50,234 nucleotides of DNA from an uncultured Chthoniobacterales bacterium (GTDB lineage: Bacteria; Verrucomicrobiota; Verrucomicrobiia; Chthoniobacterales; SZAS-18). Within the stretch, counting starts at the first letter, position 1. The number at the start of each line of letters is the position of its first letter. The notes beneath the pieces are model-generated. The model had not been told where the DNA came from and ran no database searches. It worked only from the letters and a program-made list of their open reading frames with translations. Location of the stretch: assembly GCA_964246175.1 (NCBI GenBank), contig CAXTQD010000003.1, positions 1 through 50,234 on the forward strand, given 5' to 3'. The position numbers and the translations under genes are program-made. Shown here piece after piece: positions 20,947 through 27,919 of this stretch.

Positions 20947-21129
20947 CTAGAAGCGGATGCCCGCGCGCAGGAAGTCGCCGCGCGGACCGTTCTCGATGCT
21001 GTCCACCACTCGCTCCATGATCAGTCTCAGCTGCCTTACGGTGCGGGTGTCGAGGTAGGCGGCTGAGTATCCTCCGATGCCGATGAGGAAGTCGTAGGCG
21101 TCGGCGAGGTCAGTGCCGGAGCCTTCCCC
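20947..21129 (-). CDS. Tail assembly chaperone, frameshifted C-terminal (gpT-like) segment
   Basis: Open -1 frame relative to 21036-21485 (GEGSGTDLADAYDFLIGIGGYSAAYLDTRTVRQLRLIMER...), ending 4 bp before the tape measure ATG. Confidence 0.65.
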   Translation of the reverse strand, partial: GEGSGTDLADAYDFLIGIGGYSAAYLDTRTVRQLRLIMERVVDSIENGPRGDFLRAGIRF

Positions 21130-21485
21130 ACCCCGAACTGACCCAAGATGTCCGGCGGGAGGTTGAGGGCGACGGTCGGCCGCAGCAGAGCCGGAAAGTC
21201 GCTGCCCGGCAACTGCATCAGCCACTCACTGGGCTTTCCGGTGCAGGCCGTGACGAGGTTTTCGCCCACGGTAAACAGCAGCGTGGCAAAGAGCGCGACC
21301 TGGTCGACCTGGATTGACCCGTTGGGACTGACCTTGGCAAATCGATCCACGTGCGGGGCCAAGCTGGCGAGGAAACGCCGCTGCTCCTGCCAGTTGAGTT
21401 CTTTGATGGTGACCGTTTCCTTGCTCCGGGGGAGCGTGATGGTCACGTCCGGGGACATGATTTCTGCTGCGTTGTCTGAGTTCAT
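21036..21485 (-). CDS. Tail assembly chaperone (gpG-like)
   Basis: MNSDNAAEIM...ETVTIKELNW...LVTACTGKPSEWLMQLP...TVALN; 149 aa; A/C-rich leader; upstream of the tape measure gene. Confidence 0.7.
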   Translation of the reverse strand: MNSDNAAEIMSPDVTITLPRSKETVTIKELNWQEQRRFLASLAPHVDRFAKVSPNGSIQVDQVALFATLLFTVGENLVTACTGKPSEWLMQLPGSDFPALLRPTVALNLPPDILGQFGVGKAPALTSPTPTTSSSASEDTQPPTSTPAP

Positions 21486-21543
21486 CGTATGGGTGTTGGT
21501 TGGTGTGGTTGGTACGGAAAAGGTTCGGCGGGGTGGCGGCCGG

Positions 21544-21594
21544 TTTGCAGACCCTTTTGCAAACGCGCGGAAAGGCTTTGCAAAACGCTTGGAA
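21544..21594 (+). repeat. Central TTTGCA array (~11-bp phasing)
   Basis: TTTGCA at 21544, 21556 and 21577; degenerate CTTGGA at 21588. Confidence 0.65.
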
Positions 21595-21687
21595 GGGGTT
21601 GGGTGCGGCCGAGGGTCATTCCGGGGGATAGAAGGGCTTAAATCGCGTGGGAAGGAAGTTGGGCGGAACGGGTCCTGCCAACGGTCG

Positions 21688-22115
21688 TCATCGTGGGCTG
21701 ACGGCGATGATCTGCTTGCCGATGGGGTCGTGGCGCATCTCGGCCTCGGCTTGGGGGGCGGGGCGGCGGCGGCCGTCCACCCGGTCGGCCAAGCGGGCGG
21801 TGGACGCGGCGCGCCGGCCGGGCGGCGAAGAAAGGGCGCCGCGCCCACCGGCACCGCCACGGGGGCCTGCGCCGACGGCGGGCGGCCAGCGTCGGCGTCG
21901 GCCATCCCGGCGAAGATGCGCGCGCCGAGCCGATCCTCCCGCATCGTGCGCAGGGCGGCGTCCAGCGTGCGGCCACCGCCGCGCCGCATCAGCTCGTCCA
22001 GCCGCCAGTTGTAGGCCGTGCGCCGGCTACCAGCCGTCGAAAGGTCGAGCGTGACCACGACCGTTGGCTCTGCGGGTACCTGTCCAGCGGGCCGTGAGTT
22101 CTTCGAAGCATCCAC
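21688..22115 (-). pseudogene. Two-repeat small phage protein interrupted by a frameshift (real or sequencing error)
   Basis: Repeat 1: LSTAGSRRTAYNWRLDELM...MREDRLGARIFAGM. Repeat 2, in the -1 frame: LSSPPGRRAASTARLADRV...MRHDPIGKQIIAVS, stop at 21688. Confidence 0.45.
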
Positions 22116-22146
22116 GTTGGTCAGGTTTGGACTGATGGTGGGCGCG

Positions 22147-22662
22147 TCAGTGGGTGAGCGAGTAGGGCAGTGTATGAATGATCGACACCGGGTCGCCCGC
22201 GTTGACGACGTTCAGCCGCGCGCGTCCGAAGACGATGTAGGTGCCGGCGGCGGCGGGCAGGCCGATGATCTGGCCGGGGTTGGTCGGATCGGCGACGAGC
22301 AGGGTGTTGGCGGCGATGGGGGCGCTCGCCACGCCGGGCAGCGTGCCGGGATAGATGCCGAAGAGCGCCACGGCTTTCTTGATGGTGTTGGCTTCCCCGG
22401 CGTCCACCTGATCGTTGAGGATGATGCCGCGCGGCACGTCGGCCTGCGCGCTGGTGGCGGCGAAGTGCCGGTCATCGGTGGAGAACTTGACCAGCGCGTT
22501 GCGGAAGGGGATGACGACGCCTATGTCCGGCCAGACGTTGTCGGTGCCGCGATGGTTGACTTCCATCGGGACCATCACGGCGTTGGTGGCGACGGCCCGG
22601 CCACGCAGGGTGTCGAGGATCGCCGCAAAGAGCAGCGCGGAGTGGAAGCGGATTTTTTGCAT
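22147..22662 (-). CDS. Capsid cement/head decoration protein (DUF2190-like)
   Basis: Small beta-rich protein: LVKF...DVPRGI...VALFG...VASAPIAANTLLV...GTYIVFGRA...AGDPVSI. Confidence 0.7.
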   Translation of the reverse strand: MQKIRFHSALLFAAILDTLRGRAVATNAVMVPMEVNHRGTDNVWPDIGVVIPFRNALVKFSTDDRHFAATSAQADVPRGIILNDQVDAGEANTIKKAVALFGIYPGTLPGVASAPIAANTLLVADPTNPGQIIGLPAAAGTYIVFGRARLNVVNAGDPVSIIHTLPYSLTH

Positions 22663-22716
22663 GGTTGGATCGGTGCTGAGTCGAAAGGGCGTTGAAAAAG
22701 AGGAGGCGGCAGCGTT

Positions 22717-23007
22717 TCAGGAAGCGGCTTCCCCGGCGCCCGACTGCGCCTCTTCGGGCACAGCGGCGGGAGCAGCACGAAGGGGATGGCGGTTCACCCC
22801 GTCCGGCGTGCCTTCCGGCCCGCTCTGAAGTTGATCGTGCTGCACCTGCACCTGCTCGGCCTGGATCGCCATGAGTTCGGCCGTGACTGCGGAGCTGCCG
22901 GGGCCGGCGGCGATGAGGGCCTGTTTGCGTGCGGCCACACGGTCGGGGTCGATGCCTTTAGGCAGTTCGGTAGCGAGCAGGTCGGGGTGTCGGACGGGAA
23001 CGTTCAT
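22717..23007 (-). CDS. Hypothetical phage protein (paralog of 23150-23464)
   Basis: LPKGIDPDRVAARKQALI...AELMAIQAEQVQVQHD. Confidence 0.65.
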   Translation of the reverse strand: MNVPVRHPDLLATELPKGIDPDRVAARKQALIAAGPGSSAVTAELMAIQAEQVQVQHDQLQSGPEGTPDGVNRHPLRAAPAAVPEEAQSGAGEAAS

Positions 23008-23149
23008 GGTAAGAGGCGAAGCGTTGAAATAAGAGAGAAGGAGGCGACCAACCCAAACGAAGTTCCGCGCAGCGAATCGCGGCTCTCACGCACCAAGGAG
23101 TGAAGCTAAGCCCCATGGTTTTTGACCGCCCCCTCCTCTAAAGGAAGAT

Positions 23150-23464
23150 CTATTGGGCGTCCGGTTGCTGTCCGGTGATGGCAACGGCTTCGGCCAGCGT
23201 CATCCCATGACCGCTTCTAGTTTCACGGTTGTGGCGTCCAGCCGAGATGCCGGCAACACGCGCCAAGTGCGCGGATTGCTGCACTTCGGCGTCGAGGGCA
23301 ACCCGTTCAGCCTGCATCTGACCATCCGCAGTTCTCCCGTCGAAGGCTTGGCAGTCCAGAAGCATCTTCTTCCGTTCGGCAACCTTCTGTGGGTCAATGC
23401 CTGCCGGTACGGCGAGGGAGATACCAAGTTGAGCGGGAGTCAAAGGAGCGTTTGTTTCTTGCAT
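23150..23464 (-). CDS. Hypothetical phage protein (paralog of 22717-23007)
   Basis: VPAGIDPQKVAERKKMLL...AERVALDAEVQQSAHL. Confidence 0.65.
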   Translation of the reverse strand: MQETNAPLTPAQLGISLAVPAGIDPQKVAERKKMLLDCQAFDGRTADGQMQAERVALDAEVQQSAHLARVAGISAGRHNRETRSGHGMTLAEAVAITGQQPDAQ

Positions 23465-23509
23465 GATGGGATGTAGGTGGTGTGATCTCGGCGTTGAACG
23501 TCAGAAAAC

Positions 23510-24502
23510 TTAGGCCGCCGCAACGTGGGGCGACGTGTAGGTGAACACTTCACGGCCTTCATGGATATTCTTCAGCGTGGCCTTGAGTGCCGTTGCTTTG
23601 GTGAGCACGTCCTCGGCGGCCGGCGGGGTGGGGGATGGACGCTTGTTGAAGGTGTCGTAAGCGAAGTTTCGGCCAGTGTTGCAAAAGGCCGTCAGCTCCC
23701 GCACGGCGGGCAGCGCCAGGAACTCCTCGTCGGTCAGGCCGCTGCGTGAGGCTTCGACGCCAAAGGGAGCCATGGCGACGATGAGGGCGGCCGTGGCACG
23801 CTGACGCAACTGCGCTGCCAATGGTCCCCAGCACAGATTGTGGATCAACGCGGCGCTGCCCCGCACGATGTCCGCCGCGGACCGCAGTTGGGCGGCAAAG
23901 GCAGCCTCTTCGGCGGCAATTTTCTCGGCGATGACCGCGCGTTGCGCACCAACGGCCTGCAAACTTGCCACCGTCTTTTCGTCGTGCTTACCAGAGGCAT
24001 TCAACCGCTCCGCTTTCGCCTCCACATCCGCCGCTTCCTGCCGCAGGTCAGCGAGGCGGGTTGTCCACGGCGGTAATACTTCAGAGATGGAATCGACCTG
24101 CTTAAGAGCAGTTTCGACTTGGTTGCGTTGTTGATCGTTCAAGGAAGGCAGTCGCATAGATGACAGGCGGTAAGCATTGAGGTTGGTGTAGGCGGCGGCG
24201 GCGAGAGCGGGTTCCTGGAAGCACTTGAGGAAAGCGGCGTGGCAGCTAGCTAGGTGTGCACGAGTGTCGTCCTTCACTCTGCTGAGTTCGCCGCTCCGCC
24301 AGTGGCAGTACCGCCTGCCGATCTCACGGGTTGCAAGCACGTCAACGCTCATGCCGATGAGGCTGGCAAAATCCTGGCGGGAGATTTTTAGCGCCAAGCG
24401 TAAAGCCAGCATTTTCTCCTGAAGCTCTTCTGCTTGCTCAGGCGTGCTGTCTTCGTTCCGAAAGCGCTCGGGAACACGCTTGCTGCGTAGTGAGGTTGCC
24501 AC
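23510..24502 (-). CDS. Cro-like XRE HTH protein fused to a coiled-coil domain (possibly two genes; second ATG at 24157)
   Basis: LRLALKISRQDFASLIGMSVDVLATREIGR HTH; heptad-rich C-terminal half; divergent from the repressor. Confidence 0.65.
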   Translation of the reverse strand: MATSLRSKRVPERFRNEDSTPEQAEELQEKMLALRLALKISRQDFASLIGMSVDVLATREIGRRYCHWRSGELSRVKDDTRAHLASCHAAFLKCFQEPALAAAAYTNLNAYRLSSMRLPSLNDQQRNQVETALKQVDSISEVLPPWTTRLADLRQEAADVEAKAERLNASGKHDEKTVASLQAVGAQRAVIAEKIAAEEAAFAAQLRSAADIVRGSAALIHNLCWGPLAAQLRQRATAALIVAMAPFGVEASRSGLTDEEFLALPAVRELTAFCNTGRNFAYDTFNKRPSPTPPAAEDVLTKATALKATLKNIHEGREVFTYTSPHVAAA

Positions 24503-24552
24503 GTCCGAAGCTTAATCCGACCATGGTGTTTCTGTAAACCAGATTTTCCAGA

Positions 24553-24571
24553 TTACCTGAAACAAAGGTAA
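24553..24571. promoter_or_regulatory. Putative operator in the cI/cro-like intergenic region
   Basis: Inverted repeat TTACCT-N7-AGGTAA in an AT-rich 106-bp gap between divergent HTH genes, next to a CCAGATT direct repeat. Confidence 0.5.
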
Positions 24572-24608
24572 ATGGCATTGGGGCAGGGCATCTGGTATCC
24601 CCTAATCA

Positions 24609-25307
24609 ATGCCGAGAAGCCCGCTACCCGCCCGCGAGGCGGAAATTTGCCAGCGGCTGCGTATATGGCGTGAGCAACGAGGCATCTCCCGTGTTCAGTT
24701 TGCCGAGAAGGTTGGACTGCGTGCGGACTCCTATTCCGCGTACGAATATGCTCGTGCCCCTGTGCGCTACGAGTTGGCCCAGAGAATCTTCGCTTGGTTC
24801 AACATCAACGCGAAGTGGCTGGCAACCGGTGTCGGACCGCTTAACCTTGCCACTCCTACCCCGCTGGCCCGCGAACTCGGAATCAGCCCGCGTGAGGCGT
24901 TCAGTTCTGTCTACGACCGGTTGCTTGTGCCCGACGTGGAAAAGCGGAATGAAGCCGCCATTGAAAGATTGAGGCTCCGGCATCTGTTGCCCTCATCAAC
25001 CGTTGATCCTCCAACAAGCTCGCATGAGCGCGTTTTACTTGAGGAAGCTCTTCAATCCTTCCTACGAGAGTGTTTCTCGGAGTTCCCAGCCGATGATCTC
25101 GCTGCATTCGTCGGTGGGATTATGAACTTGGCCGCTGAAATCGGTTACGCATCCATGTCGCTGAACGAGGAAGAAGCTAGGAGGCGTCGCGCCGAGATGG
25201 ATGCCGCTTGTGCCTTCATTGCACGCCGTCGGCAGGAACTCGGAATGGAGTACCCCCCCTTACCCGGCAGTCTCGAAACGGGATATCCCCCGTTGCCAGG
25301 TAGTTGA
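24609..25307 (+). CDS. XRE-family HTH repressor (cI-like)
   Basis: RLRIWREQRGISRVQFAEKVGL...YSAYE...INAKWLATGVG; no S24 peptidase domain seen. Confidence 0.85.
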   Translation: MPRSPLPAREAEICQRLRIWREQRGISRVQFAEKVGLRADSYSAYEYARAPVRYELAQRIFAWFNINAKWLATGVGPLNLATPTPLARELGISPREAFSSVYDRLLVPDVEKRNEAAIERLRLRHLLPSSTVDPPTSSHERVLLEEALQSFLRECFSEFPADDLAAFVGGIMNLAAEIGYASMSLNEEEARRRRAEMDAACAFIARRRQELGMEYPPLPGSLETGYPPLPGS

Positions 25308-25446
25308 AGACTTGCCCGTGTGCGGAGGAAGGCACTTCAAATCCCAGATAACCCGGTAATTGAACCTCGCCCGCACGCACGGGGAAGGCCTGAGACGCTG
25401 CTATCTGAAGTAGCAGCGTTCCTCAATGGAACTCCCTCTGCTGCTT

Positions 25447-25671
25447 TTACTTTTGGCGACGGAGTGTGGCGTCGTCATCTTCGGTCAGCAATGCCATAGG
25501 GATCGCAAGTTTGCCGCCACGTCGGCCAGCCTGCACAAGTGCTGCCATCGCTTGCTCAAAGAAATCTGTGGCATTGGCGAACTCCATCCGCCTCTCCAAC
25601 TCGGCATCGAAACTCGCTTTAAGGGATGCCTTAGTGCGGAAGGTCACACCCGCCTGCTTGTTCTGTGCCAT
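25447..25671 (-). CDS. Ribbon-helix-helix-like small regulator
   Basis: GVTFRTKASLKASFDAEL...NATDFFEQAMAALV (beta-alpha-alpha pattern). Confidence 0.55.
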   Translation of the reverse strand: MAQNKQAGVTFRTKASLKASFDAELERRMEFANATDFFEQAMAALVQAGRRGGKLAIPMALLTEDDDATLRRQK

Positions 25672-25804
25672 AGGGAATTTTCTGTTGTCGGTTCAAACTG
25701 ATTGCAAATCAGACATACAGATGCTTGGCTTATTTTGCATCGTGCCCCCGGCTTCTGCCGATTAGGGCACCTCAAACTCAAACAGTAACCCATACCAAAA
25801 ATGT

Positions 25805-25838
25805 GGGGCCGTTCGGTCTGGTACACCGAAACGGCCCC
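25805..25838. other. GC-rich hairpin in the leader of 25852
   Basis: GGGGCCGTTCGGT-ctggtac-ACCGAAACGGCCCC; no U-tract. Confidence 0.6.
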
Positions 25839-25851
25839 GCGCTAAACACCG

Positions 25852-26412
25852 ATGAAATTGCATCCCAACGGTGACCGGACCTTATTGCCCGGCACCAAAC
25901 CCGTCAAACACAAAACCGGAAAATCTTTCCGCGCATCGAAGCAGTCGGCACCGGCTCAGCCGCCGCTGCCAAACGAGGCACACGCGCCGCGTCCACCCAT
26001 CCTCCCGCCGCCATCGCTCCCGGCGGCCGTGGTCACGCCGCAAACCCTGGCCCCGCTCACGCTCGGCGAGGTCGCTTGGCAAAACCGCGCTTGGCCGCGC
26101 ATGTTCACCTTGCCCGGTATCAAACGCTACCTCGACTACGATGCTGAGACGCTCTGTGCGCACTTGGCCTCGGCCTTCCTCGACTTCCAAGCCGAGTTGC
26201 ACGAGTTGGTAGCCACCGCCGCGCAGACGCGCCCAGACCGCGCCGCGGCACTGGCTGAGGCTGTCACCATCTTGGAACAGTGCGCCAGCATGGAAGGCTT
26301 CGCTACCGAGCTGGACCACACCCCGAGCAACGGGGAGTCGCCGCTCCTGCGCTTGGCCGCGCTGGCCAAGGTGCAAGCGTTGAACAAAGGGAAGGGAGGG
26401 ACGCAACAGTGA
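25852..26412 (+). CDS. Hypothetical protein
   Basis: 186-aa ORF, Pro-rich N-terminus and helical C-terminus; GTGA overlap with the next gene. Confidence 0.6.
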   Translation: MKLHPNGDRTLLPGTKPVKHKTGKSFRASKQSAPAQPPLPNEAHAPRPPILPPPSLPAAVVTPQTLAPLTLGEVAWQNRAWPRMFTLPGIKRYLDYDAETLCAHLASAFLDFQAELHELVATAAQTRPDRAAALAEAVTILEQCASMEGFATELDHTPSNGESPLLRLAALAKVQALNKGKGGTQQ

Positions 26413-26879
26413 AAAACCGCGTCCCAAAAGCCAAGGCGTACCACCGGGACATCGTCGTTCCCAAGTGGCACAAGAAGCTAGCCTGTGTGGTCCGTGTCCG
26501 CTTGACAGCGGAAGAGGCATCCGAAGTCCAAGCACTCGCCGACCAGCTCGGCCTGACGCTGGATGCTCTGATCGACTTCTACGTGGACCGCAAATTACCG
26601 ATGCGGCCGCGGCTTAAAGAGCCCACCATGAAGCTGACGAGGATCGTGTTTCAGCCCGCGCTTTCACCCGAAACGATGGCTAGGCTCCAACGAGCCGCCG
26701 CGTTCTACGAAGAGTCGCTTGAACGCTTCATCGCCGGCTCTATCGCAGGTGCCATCCACGGGGCGGAAGACTCGATGTTGATCGATCCTCGCACCGGAGA
26801 GTTGATCGGCGAGGATTTCCTCGCCGCCCTGCTGCTGCGCGATGTGGATTACTACCGCGGCGGAAAGGAGGTCAAATGA
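26409..26879 (+). CDS. Hypothetical protein with tandem RHH-like segments
   Basis: GTG start after GGAGG; VRVRLTAEEASEVQALADQLGLTLDALI and LSPETMARLQRAAAFYEESLERFI. Confidence 0.6.
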   Translation: MKNRVPKAKAYHRDIVVPKWHKKLACVVRVRLTAEEASEVQALADQLGLTLDALIDFYVDRKLPMRPRLKEPTMKLTRIVFQPALSPETMARLQRAAAFYEESLERFIAGSIAGAIHGAEDSMLIDPRTGELIGEDFLAALLLRDVDYYRGGKEVK

Positions 26880-27127
26880 GCCACGGCAAACATCTCGCCT
26901 GCTGCGTTGGAGACCACTCCGGCCGCATCGTCCGCGATGTAGCCCCGGACCGCACTCCCGTCACCTTCTTCCATGAAGACGGCCGCGTCTGGAACGTGGT
27001 GGACTTGCCCAACCGCATCCTCGACGCCTACCGCAAACTGGCGCGGCGGGAGCACACCGGGATTAACTACCTGCTCTCTGCCGCCTTTGTGGAGGCGGCA
27101 CAAAAGCTGTTGGACGAAACCGAGTAG
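26876..27127 (+). CDS. Hypothetical protein with RHH-like C-terminus
   Basis: AGGAGG RBS and ATGA overlap; VDLPNRILDAYRKLARREHTGINYLL. Confidence 0.6.
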   Translation: MSHGKHLACCVGDHSGRIVRDVAPDRTPVTFFHEDGRVWNVVDLPNRILDAYRKLARREHTGINYLLSAAFVEAAQKLLDETE

Positions 27128-27144
27128 GTCACATCAGACGCGCC

Positions 27145-27183
27145 ACGCCGGGCCGGGGAGTAATTCCTTGCCCGGCGTTTTTC
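27145..27183 (+). terminator. Rho-independent terminator
   Basis: ACGCCGGGC...GCCCGGCGT stem followed by a T-tract, right after the 25852-27127 operon. Confidence 0.8.
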
Positions 27184-27331
27184 GTTGTCTGTTTCAAGTC
27201 AATCTTTCACAGGACGATACTGCTGTGACAGCACTAGGCTGATGTCGCCGCCAAAGCAGCATAGGAATAAAATAAGGAATTTTTGCTAATTGCTTTGACA
27301 ACTCTTCGGCCGCGCGCATGCTCGCTGCACG

Positions 27332-27919
27332 ATGAACGAGTTCGATGCTCAACAGAGGTTCGCTCCCTACGTTGCATGGATCCGGGAGTGCTGGTGGAAG
27401 GGCTGGGACGAATACCACCAGAAATTGCAAGATCCGATGGACGACGCCCGCGCACGGTCCGTGATGATTCAGAACCGGGCGGTCATCCATGCAATCAAGA
27501 CCTGCGGAAAGTTCGGCGGGATTCATCCTTTCACCTTCGATTCCCGCCGTCTGCTGTTGATCCCGGACTGCGCCATCCTTCAATTCAAAAAACTGACGGA
27601 CGAACTGAAGCTGTCGAACAATGTGAATAAGACGGTTCATCGGTTCGACAGCCAGATGCCGTTACCGGGCCTGGTGGACCTTCCTCGGATTACGACAGGT
27701 TATTGCCCAAACGGGGATCACACGTCGATGTCGATTTTTCTCGTCCATACGAAGAGTCATTACGAAAACAATTGGACGATCAACATCAGCGCCACCCCCG
27801 TCGCAACCCACGTTGACCTCTTTGAAGCTGACGATGAACAATTCATCCAAGAAACCCGCCGAGTTCGGCCTAAACGAGCCGCTGGCACTGAAGGCGGTGA
27901 GTCTGCCGCTCAGGGGTGA
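27332..27919 (+). CDS. Hypothetical protein, putative toxin/effector partner of the HTH-ImmA/IrrE protein
   Basis: QFKKL...SN...FDSQMPLPG...ITTGY pattern; overlaps the peptidase gene; TTGACA at 27295 in an AT-rich upstream region. Confidence 0.65.
   Translation: MNEFDAQQRFAPYVAWIRECWWKGWDEYHQKLQDPMDDARARSVMIQNRAVIHAIKTCGKFGGIHPFTFDSRRLLLIPDCAILQFKKLTDELKLSNNVNKTVHRFDSQMPLPGLVDLPRITTGYCPNGDHTSMSIFLVHTKSHYENNWTINISATPVATHVDLFEADDEQFIQETRRVRPKRAAGTEGGESAAQG

Noticed and set aside
21036-22115. 359-aa ORF as a single protein
   Set aside because: Its middle is Pro/Arg-rich read-through across the TTTGCA array and an A/C-rich leader; better explained as a frameshifted upstream gene plus a chaperone starting at 21485.
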